From positions 52,452,001 to 52,516,000 of the forward strand of contig OX597830.1 in NCBI GenBank assembly GCA_951406725.2: DNA of 64,000 nucleotides, given 5' to 3'. The notes under the pieces were generated by a model. It had not been told where the DNA came from. It made no database searches and saw nothing but the letters and a program-made list of their open reading frames with translations. The stretch is from Octopus vulgaris (lineage: Eukaryota). The position numbers and the translations under genes are program-made. Every line of letters begins with the position of its first letter. Position 1 is the first letter of the stretch. Positions 12,930-25,993 of this stretch are shown one piece after another.

Positions 12930-13110
12930 AGCATGGCTGTGTGGTAAGAAGCTTGCTTCCCAACCACATGGTTCCAGATTCAATCCTACTGCGTGGCACC
13001 TTAGGCAAGTGTTTTCTACTATAGCTTCAGGTCAACCAAAGCTATGTGAGTGGATTTGGTAAATGGAAACAGAAAGAAACCTGTCATGTGTGTGTGTCAG
13101 GCGTGTGTGT

Positions 13111-13161
<51 letters not shown>

Positions 13162-13175
13162 GTGTGTGTGTGTGT
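12930..13175 (+). mobile_element. SINE family B 5' half with (TG)n
   Basis: Head and CORE-like block, ending in a TG run. Confidence 0.8.
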
Positions 13176-13837
13176 ATCTAAGTGTTTTTTCGTATCGTCT
13201 ATCTGGATGTTTTGTTGTCCCTTTTTGTATCACCTAGTTGTCCGGATGTTTTGCGTTCTTGTCCTATTTTGCATTTTATATATATGTAGGTATGTATGTA
13301 TGTATGTATGTATATGTATTTATAAAATTACTGATATGCTTGGAGATCATCATCTGTTGCCAGTTAAACACAAGCATTATTTATTAGATCTTCACTTTAG
13401 TTTTATTAATTATTTTTTTTCTTTTTAGTTTATTTGTCTGTCAAAGTTCTTTCGTCCAGGACAAAATGGAATAGGCAGGGCAAGAGGAGACACGTGGGAC
13501 AGAGAGTCTATGAAGAGATCACAGAATGTGTGATGAAAGACCTTTGATGGACAAATAAAAAAAGACAGAAAGTGATACTCATAAAACTAAAGTGAAGATC
13601 AAATATATATTGCAGTATAAGAATATCTGTTTCAACACACATTTTCATGACAAGAATCTTGCAAAACAAATACATAAAAATATATTAAATTACACAGACA
13701 CACTTATGTATAGGCATAAATATATGTATTATGTTTGTGTGTGCTTTCTTGCCTAGTCATATTCGTGACTATCACAAGTCACTTTGACATCTTGGAAGGA
13801 CATAAAAACCATCATCTTTTTCTAACCCCAGACTGGA

Positions 13838-14195
13838 TGGAAGCACTCCGTCGGTTACGACGATGAGGATTCCGGTTGATCCGAATCAACGGAACAGCCT
13901 GCTCGTGAAATTAACGTGTAAGTGGCTGAGCACTCCACAGACACGTGCACCCTTAACGTAGTTCTCGGGGATATTCAGCGTGACACAGAGAGTGACAAGG
14001 CCGGCCCCTTGAAATACAGGTACAACAGAAATAGGATGTAAGAGTGAGAGAAAGTTGTGGTGAAAGAGTACAGCCTCGTGGAGCTTTTAGGTGTTTTCGC
14101 TCAATAAACACTCACAACGCCCGGTCTAGGAGTCGAAACTGCGATCCTATGACCACGAGTCCGCTGCCCTAACCACTGGACCATTGCACCTCCAC
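13838..14195 (-). mobile_element. SINE family C with TSD
   Basis: Matches 11237-11620 in reverse; TSD aaccccagact at 13824-13834 and 14196-14206. Confidence 0.92.
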
Positions 14196-14287
14196 AACCC
14201 CAGACTAGGTCTAACAATAAGAAAGAGAAACCAGGATATTTTCTTTATATGAAGAGTGTCACCTTATCAGCATAAAACCAGGATGTG

Positions 14288-14344
<57 letters not shown>

Positions 14345-14606
14345 AATATGAGGGAGTATTTATTTATTACTTTGCACATTACTTAATCATTGTTATATGT
14401 TTTATCTTATATTTAATTTTTCTATAAGATGTAGTTTTTCTAAATGGTATAATTTAATTTTTCATTATTGAATTGATAAAAGGTGGGGTTTTTTTGTCTA
14501 ATTTATATATATATATAATTATTAAAGAGGACAACAAATGTTAAGGTAAGGCAAACATCTCAAGTCTTATATATTATCATTATATCATTATTGGAAAAAA
14601 TTCAAA

Positions 14607-14662
14607 GTCTTACAGCTCTTTCTGGGAAATCCCCAAGTATGGGATATTTTGTCATCAGAGAC
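14607..14662 (-). ncRNA. Degenerate minimal hammerhead motif in a Penelope-like terminal repeat
   Basis: Minus strand: gtct-CTGATGA-[stem II]-GAAA-gagctg-TA-agac; homologous to 55849-55924. Confidence 0.55.
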
Positions 14663-14821
14663 AAATAGGGAAAATGAGATGGGTATATATAATGAAATGG
14701 TGACATTGGAAAGTTGAACTATGAACTTTTATGCTTCTTTTTTCTTCTCTCTCTTCATCTCCTTATTCCTTTATTCCCTTCCTCTATGTGAATTAGAATA
14801 AGGGATGGTTAATAAATTAGG

Positions 14822-15004
14822 TAATATGGTTCTATATTTAAGAGATGAGGAATTATGTACATTATTTACATTCGACGGATATTTGTCCTCATCTTGTTTG
14901 TTATTAACACAACATTTTGGCTGATATACCCTCCAGCCTTCTTCAGGTGTCTTAGGGAAATTTTGAACCTGGGTTCTCATTCCTAAGGTATTTTTCGATG
15001 TTAC

Positions 15005-15041
<37 letters not shown>

Positions 15042-15123
15042 GTTCAGGTCACTACTTGGAATCGAACTCGGAATCTTGGGGTTAGTAGCCATTGCTCTTA
15101 ACCACTACGCCATATGCCCGAAC

Positions 15124-15180
<57 letters not shown>

Positions 15181-15369
15181 CATAATAATAATAATAACAA
15201 TGATGATGATAATAATAATAATAATAACATCGAAAAATACCTTAGGGATGAAAACCCAGGTTCAAAATTTCCCCTGGTGAAGGCTGGAGGGTATATCAGC
15301 CGAAATGTCGTGTTAACAACAAACAAGATGAGGACAAATATCCATGAAATGTAAATAATGTAAACAATG
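14822..15369. mobile_element. tRNA-headed SINE with HHR-like body, inserted as an inverted duplication
   Basis: tRNA-like head 15041-15120 (-); ~140-bp inverted arms 14856-15000 and 15228-15366; (TAA)n spacers; TSD taataaattagg at 14810-14821 and 15370-15381. Confidence 0.8.
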
Positions 15370-15482
15370 TAATAAATTAGGGTAGAGGTTGTATTAATAT
15401 TTTGGTTCTATTTCATTCTTTATATTCCATTGACTTTGATTTTATTTCCTCATATTTATTTACTTATTTCTAATATTTATTG

Positions 15483-15660
15483 ATTTCAAATTTTGGCACA
15501 AGTTCAGCAAGTTCAGGGAAGGGAATAAGTCAATTGCATCAACTCCAATGCTCAACTGGTACTTATTTTATCGACCCCGAAAGGCTGAAAGTCAAAGTCG
15601 GCCTCAGCGGAATTTGAACTCAGAACATGAAGATGAACGAAATGCCACTAAGCATTTTGA
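15483..15660 (-). mobile_element. SINE family A
   Basis: Shared central block and B box. Confidence 0.8.
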
Positions 15661-16349
15661 TTTGTAATATATCTATTAGCACCAAAATCTTTACTTTGAA
15701 TCCATTTGTGCCTCATTATTATCATTAAAAAAATTATTTACTAATATGAAATTTTCTTTCAAGTAATTTATGACAAGAACGGTAGGATCTGCGTTTCTTT
15801 AATAGCATAATCAAATAAGAAAGGATAGCATCGTGTCTCTTTTCTGAGATGCTATGACTGGTAGGGAAGGGCAGCATCCAAGGGACAAGGTGACAAAATT
15901 AAGACTCCCAGGAGTGATCTTTTGACATGAATCCAGTACCTTTTCCATCTACCTAAGTTCATTCAAAAAACTCCAATTTGAGACCATGACAGAAGACATT
16001 CACTCAAGCTGCCACACAATGGAATTGAACCCAAAACCCACATTGTGGCAAATATAATTTCTTATTCATACTTCTATGTCTGAGGAGTCTATAATAAATG
16101 TAATAGTCAACATTTCAGAACTAATTAAATTATATGTATATATATATTAAAGTATATTAAGTCAGCTTTAAAAAGGATATGCTTTAGTTTAACCATTATT
16201 CCTAATTTACTATGAGAGAGTTCCTAATAAGAAAAATAAAACAAATGAAATAGAGATTGATTTATGCAATAGAAACATTTGAGTTTGGTTGACAGCTGTT
16301 TATAGAGTTCTGGAAATATATAAACACTATAAAAACTCAAACAAGACTA

Positions 16350-16695
16350 AGCACCTTTCAAAAAGAAGATGCCTGCCAAAAAAATGCTATATAGAAAAAA
16401 TTTAAAATTGGCTGACATACAATAAAAAAATGGACATTGGGTTGACTAAAAACACCTTCAAGTTTAGATTCACACAGCACACCCATTCACTTAGATTCAA
16501 AAATAAGACATCTTTTGCAAATTACATTTGGTTTTTAAAAGGCTGAAAAAAATAACACGATAAAATGGAGTACTGGTGTGAAAGTGAAGAAATACAAGTC
16601 AGGGGAGCTACTTTTATTTATGTACAGCTCTAGATCTTGACTCTACACAGCTATTTCTTGAATAGGAAGAAAGAAATTTTCTCATTATGTCTTAC
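16350..16695 (+). pseudogene. Penelope-like element GIY-YIG endonuclease remnant
   Basis: Reads DIGLTKNTFKFRFTQHTHSLRFKNKTSFANYIWFLK / IKWS..KVKKY / LNRKKEIFSLC across frameshifts, matching the Penelope GIY-YIG pattern. Confidence 0.75.
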
Positions 16696-17145
16696 AGCAT
16701 AATTCAGCAGATTTCAAACTGCAAACTGGTTGGACCCACAACCTACAGCTAACACAGTAGTAACATGGTACTTAGAACATAAAATCAATTTTTGGATTGA
16801 TCACTCCTATTTTGACAAAAAGAACTGTAATATATAGCTATTTATAGTATACACAAACTCGAATAGATTTGTTCTAACTTGTCTAACTTCTTTCTCTATC
16901 TCATTCTTGCTTACGCCCTCATAAACTCAAACTATTGACTTCAAAGTATGCCATACATTTAATTGGCTTTAATATTTGTTTGTTAATCTAGTTTTCTATG
17001 TGTATATGTCTTTTGTGTGCTCATGATTCTGAAACATTATATGACAGCAGCGTTTCACAATGTTGTGTAATCTGTCCATTACATAAACTGATATGTGCAG
17101 TAAGTTGTAATTTGATTTGTGACTTGAGACTATTTATATGTGCAT

Positions 17146-17362
17146 ATATGTATGCATGTATGTATGTATGTATGTATGTATGTATGCATGCATGTATGTA
17201 TGTATGTATGTATGTATATGTATGCATGCATGTATGTATGTATGTATGTATGTATGTATGTATGTATGTATGTATGTATGTATGTATGTATGTATGTGTG
17301 TGTGTATGCATGCATGTATGTATGTATGTATGTATGTATGTATGTATGTATGTATGTATGAA
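17146..17362. repeat. (ATGT)n microsatellite
   Basis: Tandem run with ATGC variants. Confidence 0.95.
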
Positions 17363-17994
17363 TGCATGTTTGTGTGAGTAGCACCTAGAATAGTTTTGTC
17401 TCTTTATGTATGAGGGCAGCATTTCATATATTTTATTAATAATGTCATGTTGATAGTCTGTGTGAGTGATCAGATGCTCAACATTACATCTATCAATTAA
17501 TAACAGTAGAAACCAGCTTTAAACTCTAACTCTACTTGCTAATGTTCTACAGTTGGTGTCAGGTGTTTTAATATATCAATATGTGATCCAGTTTTGGCAC
17601 CATAACACAAAGGATTTCTGGAAGAATGTTAAGAGACTTTTAATCTTGTTTTCACACTCACTCTCTGATGATGAATTGTCGTGTATTTTAGCTTAGGCCT
17701 TCAGAAACGCAATGCATTGGGTCCCTTCACGATGTTTCATTTTATGATCCAGTAAGTGAAACTACTGAAACTAGTACAGATGAGCACGATAAAATGTAAG
17801 TAAAATAATGTTCAATAGTACTTGACTAAACAATGAAACTGAAAGAAGTTTATTTTGAAATTGTTTGTGTATAGAAGAAATACCTAACTATAATCACACA
17901 ATAAAGGCCTATGAGAGTGGTAGACAAGATCATTAACATTAATGTCAACAGTGTGTTGTATGAGAGATTTGTATTAATATGTACGTCAACACCA

Positions 17995-18365
17995 ACATCA
18001 AAATAAAAATCAAATGGAAATTGTAGTTAAGACACCTGTGCCGGTGACATGTAAAAAGCACTGTCCAAACGTGGCAGATGCCAGCACCGCCTGACTGGCG
18101 CCAATGTCTGTGACACGTAAAAGCACCAATTGATCGTGGCTGTTTGCCAGCCTCCTCTGGCCCTGTGCCAGTGGCACGTAAAAAACACCCACTACACTCA
18201 TGGAGTGGTTGGTGTTAGGAAGGGCATCCAGCTGTAGAAACACTGCCAAACCAGACTGGAGCCTGGTGCAGCCTTCATGGCTTACCAGACTCCGGTCAAA
18301 CCGTCCAACCCATGCTAGCATGGAAAACAGACGTAAAACGATGATGATGATGATGATGATGATGA
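17995..18365 (+). mobile_element. RTE-family 3' UTR fragment with (GAT)n tail
   Basis: gagtggttggtgttaggaagggcatccagctgtagaaac...catgctagcatggaaaacagacg matches the UTR at 9600-9758. Confidence 0.85.
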
Positions 18366-18444
18366 ACATTGAAAGTATAATTAACTTCTTTTTTTTTTAT
18401 ATCAGTGGAATTAATTCATAATTCAGCAGTATGGTTGTAATGAA

Positions 18445-18735
18445 CTAAGACCCCCTTTGGTAATGAATGACCATGGGATTGCACCTAAAAAGTTCCCCTC
18501 TGAGGCACAAGTTTGGGCAAGGTTATTTATGGAAGACCAGCAGTCATCCATGTATACCAACCACTCCTCTCCAACGGAAAGGCAAATGCCAATACAGCTT
18601 GACACCAGTGACATTGCAACTCATTTCTACAGATGAGTGAACTGGAGCAACATGAAATAATGTGTCTTGCTCAAGAACACAACACACAGCCCAGTTCAGG
18701 AATCGAACTCACTACTTCATGATTGTGAGCCCTGC
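18445..18735 (-). mobile_element. SINE family D (tRNA head, CORE-like block, RTE-like tail)
   Basis: Minus strand: gagttcgattcc B box, ttcttgagcaagacac, tail tgcaatcccatggtcattc; related heads near 23040-23150 (-) and 35862-36135 (+). Confidence 0.7.
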
Positions 18736-18827
18736 TTTGTAGAGCTTATGTATTGATGGGGTGCAGTTAAATGTCTTTGACAATATTTCGTCTAATTCTT
18801 AGACTTCAGTTATTTATTAAAAAAAAA

Positions 18828-19305
<478 letters not shown>

Positions 19306-20159
19306 TAAAATATATCAAAAGCATTTTTTTAAAAAATCAGATTTCACAAACACCATTTTGTTACAGCAAGTCTATATCACTTTTATTTCATTTCAAGAAC
19401 AATTCTTTCCCTTTCATTTCACTGCCAAATTTCTGGAAAATGCTATCTTCAGTAATTTCATTCTCAGGATTATAAAATGAAACACCACCACACCATTTTC
19501 CAGTGTTGTACACACACAGTGTATGCCTTATGTAAACTTCTGAAACCATCAAGATATATTGTGATTTCTATCTTGAGATTATTCATCAGTCTAAGGAAGA
19601 CATCAAACAGTTTCTATATAATATATTTAATGCCATATTTGCAGGAGCTGATCTTGATAAAAATATTTCAATCTTGGTCTGTTTACACCTGATCCTTGCA
19701 CTAAAAATATGCAACTAGAAAATATTTTATCAGTTCTTTTTATGATTCTGACAAAAACGAGTGTAATTTAAGACAGTTTTTAAATATTTGAGCAAAAAGA
19801 GTCTGTAATTTGAGTCAACACTAAAAGCAGGTAGTGAGATTAAGTTAATTTGCTGCAAGTATTGGGGAATGGGAGGGCAGTGGAGGAGATAAATGGTGAG
19901 GGTGGGGATAAATGGCAGTAGGGTGAGGGACAACAATAGCATCTTTTTCTCCTCTTTTGCACTTCACTTATTTAGTTTCATAATAGAATGTTTGCGTATT
20001 GCTGTATTTAGTTGAAACTCATTAAGTTCTAAGTTCAAATTCCAACAAGGTTAACTTTGTCTTTCATGTATCCGAAGATGATAAAATAAAGCACCAATCA
20101 AATTTTGGAGGATATTACATTGACTACATAAGAAGACACCAAGCAACGAATATAACTGA

Positions 20160-20332
20160 TGTTACTGATTCATCATAGATAGACTGTGGCCATTCTGGAG
20201 CTCAGCTTTCAAGGGTTTTACACAATCTATTAGAGTTCAGGACTTAATTTATCAATCTTTGTTGTATCAAATGCTTAAGCTATCATTTGACATAAAGGAA
20301 TGCAACTCAACACACTGGTACACACACATGTG

Positions 20333-20395
<63 letters not shown>

Positions 20396-20545
20396 TCACA
20401 CACACAAACACAAAAAGAGAGTTTCTGTCAACCAAATTCTACTTTCAAAGTATTAGCCATCCTCAAAGCAGAGACAGAATGACAGTGAGATTGAACCCAG
20501 AACCACATGACTGCAAAGCAAACTTCTTAACCACACAGCTATAGG
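20160..20545 (-). mobile_element. SINE family B, old copy
   Basis: Diverged head and tail around a (CA)n run. Confidence 0.65.
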
Positions 20546-20610
20546 TTAGAAATGAATGTTAACTGTTTATTTGGGTGAGTTATGTTGGGTTATTTGTTTA
20601 TTGTTGTTGT

Positions 20611-20642
<32 letters not shown>

Positions 20643-20816
20643 TAATTCTACACATGGTGTCATGGTCATGCTGGAGCACCAACCTTCAAATCAAGACATA
20701 TTTTCATTGTAGAACTCTGAGGGTGGGAGGGGCTGAAATACTATATTCTAGTTTAGAATATCAATGTCCTAACCACTGAGCCATGGAAACATTTATCTCT
20801 CAAAAAAGGAATGTTT

Positions 20817-20887
20817 TGGTGGTGGTGGTGGTAGTGGTGGTGGTTGTCGTGGTGGTCGTGGTGGTCGTGGTGGTCGTGGTGGTCGTG

Positions 20888-20937
<50 letters not shown>
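20817..20937. repeat. Compound (GTG)/(GTC)/(GTA) trinucleotide repeat
   Basis: Direct observation. Confidence 0.95.
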
Positions 20938-21049
20938 TTAATGACACATAATATTATTTTACAATGTTGATTAACTATACTCTGTCAATGTTAGCACCAG
21001 ATTGGAAAAATTCCTCTCTTTTGTAAAATTGCAAGCTTTACAGGAGTAA

Positions 21050-21455
21050 AGGAGTGGCTGTGTGGTAAGTAGCTTGCTAACCAACCACATGGTTCTGGGT
21101 TCAGTCCCACTGCGTGGCATCTTGGGCAAGTGTCTTCTGCTATAGCCCCAGGCCGACCAATGCCTTGTGAGTGGATTTGGTAGACGGAAACTGAAAGAAG
21201 CCCGTCATATATATGTATATATATACGTGTGTGTGTGTGTGTGTGTGTGTGTTTGTGTGTCTGTGTTTGCCCCCCTAGCATTGCCTGACAACCGATGCTG
21301 GTGTGTTTACGTCTCCGTCACTTAGCGGTTCGGCAAAAGAGACCGATAGAATAAGTACTGGGCTTACAAAGAATAAGTTCTGGGGTCGATTTGCTCGACT
21401 AAAGGCGGTGCTCCAGCATGGCCGCAGTCAAATGACTGAAACAAGTAAAAGAGTT
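21050..21455 (+). mobile_element. SINE family B, full length
   Basis: CpG-intact, young-looking copy. Confidence 0.92.
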
Positions 21456-21892
21456 TACGCCAAGATGTAATTACAGGAAAATTGTCAACACAAATACATT
21501 TGAAATAAACTATTCAACATAAGCTTTGCTAACACATTATCCATTCATGATGATGATGATAATGATTAAGAGAACAACAATAATTTTACTACACAAAATT
21601 CAGGTGCAATTCACAAAAATGTATGCTCAATCAATGACAACTACCTAGTAAAATAAGATATGTGATTATCACGCCAGACTTAAATAGGAATAAAGTTGAT
21701 GACATTGGTATCACAGTAAATCAGTTTAAAATAAGATATAGTTAACATACACATCCATTTTAAAATAAGCAAGCATTTGCCTCTGTATTCTGTACCAAGT
21801 CTTCTCTTCAACTGATGTTTATTTGTTGCATACATAGATGTATTAAGTGAATTAATATATATGTATATATATATGTAAATATTTACATATAT

Positions 21893-22305
21893 AAGCACAG
21901 GCATTGTTGTGTAGTAGGAAGCTTGCTTCCCAACCACATAGTCCCAGAGTCAGTCCCACTGTGTGGCACCTTGGGCAAGTGTCTTCTATTATAACCTTGG
22001 GTGGACCAAAGCCTTGTGAATGGATTTGGTAGATGGAAACTGAAAGAAGCCCATCGTGTGTGTGTGCGTATGTATGTATTTATGTATGTGTCTTTGTGTC
22101 TGTGTTTGTCCTCCCACCATCACTTGACACTTGGTGTATTTACATCTCCACAACTTAACAGTTCGGCAAAAGAGAATGATAGAATAAGTACTAGGCTTAC
22201 AAAGACTAGTCCTGGCATCGATTTCTTCAACTAAAAAACCCTGTAAGGTAGTGCTCTAGCATGGCCACAGTCAAATAACTGAAACAAGTAAAAGAATAAA
22301 AGAAT
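21893..22305 (+). mobile_element. SINE family B, full length
   Basis: Head, CORE-like block, tail. Confidence 0.88.
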
Positions 22306-22455
22306 ATATATATATATATATATGTGTGTGTATATATATTAATGTTTGTTTTTATGTTCAGTTATAATATAAACAATTTTACATTAATCTGAAGGGTTAC
22401 TCTACATCATTGTAGAGTACAAATTTATTATTCTTATACAAGCATGTTGTTGTCA

Positions 22456-22526
22456 GTGACTTCGAAGTTTCAGCCAGTTAAACCATCGTCTGATGATGGT
22501 TGAACTGGCTGAAACTTCGAAATCAC
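22456..22526. repeat. 32-bp inverted repeat (hairpin)
   Basis: 22456-22487 vs 22495-22526, 30/32 matches, 7-nt loop. Confidence 0.9.
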
Positions 22527-22552
22527 ATCCAACATTCTGATACAAGAATAAT

Positions 22553-22760
22553 GTTTTCTACTGTAGGCACAAGGCCAGGAATTTTGGGAGAGGGGTAAAG
22601 TCGACTATATCACTCCCAGCATTTAACTGGTACTTATTCTATTGACTCCAAAAGGATGAATAACAAAATTGACCTCAGTGGAATTTGAACTCAGAATATA
22701 AAGACAGACAGAATGTTGCTTCGCTAAGCATTTCGCCCAGTGTGCTAACAATTCTGCCTT
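22553..22760 (-). mobile_element. SINE family A
   Basis: Shared central block. Confidence 0.8.
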
Positions 22761-23194
22761 ACGTATATGTATGGCAAAATTTATATTTGCATGTGGTGTG
22801 TGTGTGTTTGCATGCAGGTATGTATAGACTTAACTGTCAACCACAAGTGAATACTAACTGGTAGCTTGTATCCTGCTTTTACTAATTGTTTAAGTACTTG
22901 TGTAGTCACAAGTAGATAGTGACATACTCTGGTCTCTCCAACTCATGAGTCAGTGGCACACCTAGGATGTGACGGTTGGAAGGACAGTGAGCTGCACCTG
23001 TATTAGACTGGTACTCATTTCCACCTGAGTAGACAAGAGCAACATGAAATGAAGTGCCTTATCCTTGAAGGACACAATGTGTTACCTAATCCAGGAATTG
23101 AACCAATGACCTTTCAATCATCATCCCAACACACCAAGCCACCAGGCAAGTCATGTATATATGCAAACACATACACATAAATACACACATACAC

Positions 23195-23251
<57 letters not shown>

Positions 23252-23629
23252 AAGAGGAGAGTGAGAGAGAGGAAGGAGGGAGTGAGAGACATTGTGAATT
23301 GTATGTGTATTGGGTTGGTGCCATTCCAGACATAATTAGAACCAGTGCCAGCAAGTGGTAAATTATTCTCTATGTAGGGCATGAAGGTGTTGTGGTTGTT
23401 ATTGCCGCTGTGTTGTTACTGCTGTGTTGTTGCTGTTGTTGTTGCAGTTCCTGTTTTATGCAAGTCTTTTGTCTTTTTTCCCCCTTTCTTGATTTCCCTG
23501 AGAAGAAACTAGCAATCAGGTAAAATGATCAACCTTACTCTCCGGTAGATGCGCCAGACCCTCCACAACACAAACACACAAAGAAAACAAGGTGCTTTGA
23601 ATACTGTTTCAACAAAATCTACTTCTTTT

Positions 23630-24120
23630 GCTATTACTACCACCAACAATTCCACTACTACTACTACTACAAACAACAACTACTACTACTACTACTACTG
23701 TTACTACTTCTGCAATTACTACTAGTGCCACAACTACTACAATTACTATTGTTACTACTTCTACAATTACTACAACTACTACTACTACTACTACTACTAC
23801 TGTTACTACTTCTGCAATTACTACTAGTGCCACAACTACTACAATTACTACTGTTACTACTTCTACAATTACTACAACTACTGCTGCTGCTACTACTACT
23901 ACTACTACTACTGTTACTGCTTCTGCAATTACTACTAGTGCCACAACTACGATAATTATTACTTCTACAATTACTACAACTACTGCTGCTGCTACTACTA
24001 CTACTACTACTACAATTACTACTACTACTGTTACTACTTCTACAATTACTACAACTACTGCTGCTACTACTACTATTAATACTACCACCACCATCACCAC
24101 AAGCACTACCAATACTATTG
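23630..24120. repeat. (ACT)n-based higher-order tandem repeat
   Basis: Recurring ctgttactacttctgcaattactactagtgccacaactac units. Confidence 0.9.
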
Positions 24121-24424
24121 CTGAAATTTCTGTTTTAGTTAAATACCAGTCAAACTCTAATAAAACAAACTACCGAGAAGAGATGTCCTAGTCATGTTCA
24201 TTTTCTTTTTTTCATATCTCAGACTATATTGCCTAGTATGTCCTTCAATTCTTTGCATGGTAAAGTGCATTTTGCAGGAATCTGGTTGCTATTTCTAACA
24301 GCTCATTTCACCTCATTGAGACACTTTAATTAGTCTGTTTTGTTTCTATTGTTCCGAGACAACAAACAGACAAACCATACTGTTGGTTCATAAATCACTA
24401 CCGTGATCCCTTTCAAATATATCC

Positions 24425-24930
24425 GTGGTCTACTGGTAGTCTCAACACTGGAGATGGCAGGGAGATTTCTCCCTGCTAGCAATATAGACAAAAGTGCATT
24501 TTGCTCCAAAAACCAATATGAGAGTTTTTCTCATTGTATCTACTACAGTATAGTTTGTCCTAACAGAACATCCATGTTTAAGTGGGGTTAAATATTATCT
24601 TTTGGTATTAATACTGCCTCTGTCGTTAATATATATTTTTTAACAAACTCACTAGCTAATTGCAATACCAGTGCCTGTTCTGGCACTGTTATTTTATGTC
24701 ACTGGTGGGGAGATGAGCATCCATCACCGACGAGATCAAGGAAGGGCGAAATCACATGATCTGGTGGTCTTAATACTGGAGATAGCAGGAGTTTATCTCC
24801 TTGCTAGTGATATTAGCAGGAGCACATTTTGTATCAAAAACCAATATGAGAATTTTTTTTCATGGTATCTACCACAGTATAGTTTGTCCTGATAGAACAT
24901 CCACGTTTAAGGGAGGATAAATATTACCTC
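24425..24930. repeat. Diverged ~170-bp direct duplication
   Basis: 24432-24600 aligns with 24760-24929 (caaaaaccaatatgaga, acagtatagtttgtcct, agaacatcca). Confidence 0.85.
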
Positions 24931-25435
24931 TCAGTTCACTGTACTGTGTCAATGACCAAAACAGCTGTCAACAGTCTACTAAACTGTAATTCGGTATCAC
25001 AGTGTGGTATACTTCTCTGTTCTATGTCCATGACCAAGACACTTAACTGTTAAAAATCCAGTCCCCCTAGCAGTAAGAAGGTACCATAGTGTTGTATAAT
25101 TTGCTGTATTATGTCTATGTTTTGCTAAAAATAGCAGCCAAATCATATTACTGTTTTATAACAGACAAAACCTTTTGTATGACATAGTCTGGGATATATT
25201 ATATCTAGTTAAAAACAGGACAGGGTGATCACAACTGGGACGTCTTTCCTCTTCAAACTTCTGAAAATCTATTCTAGTGCTAAACAAGAACAGCAATAAT
25301 AACCGCACTAATAACTAAGTTTCCTGTTGCTATCCTTTAGCCCAAACTCAGTTCTCACAAAAGAGATCTATGTTCAAAGACTTTCCAGTTGCGACCATCC
25401 CATTTTTATTTTTAGACAATAATATTTTAATGCAA

Positions 25436-25740
25436 GGCGGCAACACACCGGGCAAAATGCTTAGTAGTATTTCATCTGTCTTTATGTTCTGAGTTCAAAT
25501 TTTGCCACGGTCGATTTTGCCTTTCATCCTTTCGGGGGCGATAAATTAAGTACCAGTAGCGTACTAGGGTCAATCTAATTGAATGGCCGCCTCCCCAAAA
25601 ATTTTGGGCCTTGTGCCTAGAGTAGAAAAGAATCGTTACCGCACCGGTAAAATGGTTAGCAACATTTCTTACGACTTTACGTTCTCAGTTCAAATATCAC
25701 CGATGGCGATTTGCCTTTCATCCTTTCCAGGTCGATAAAA
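25436..25740 (+). mobile_element. Two tandem SINE family A copies
   Basis: ggcggcaac... head; gcctttcatcctttc block occurs twice. Confidence 0.8.
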
Positions 25741-25993
25741 GGATCTTTACCTTTTGACCTACAGATTTAAAATATAATTTTTTGTAACTAAATACTTTCA
25801 AACTTCGGACAATGGTAGAATGTGTCATATAAAACATGTTTTACTCTTAGCATTTTTGAGAAAAACCTATATTTACGAAGTTATTTCACATTAAAGTTCT
25901 CGTATTTCGGTTTTTTCAACCAATCAATGATGTGTATTCAGCTGAATAAAATTACTGCTGTTGTTTGTCAACAACAATTATCGGCGGTGTATA

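Noticed and set aside
23609-24191. Thr-rich mucin-like ORF and Val-rich antisense ORF
   Set aside because: Built from ACT triplets that are open on both strands; no credible splice sites or signal peptide. Treated as a repeat, although RNA-seq could overturn this.
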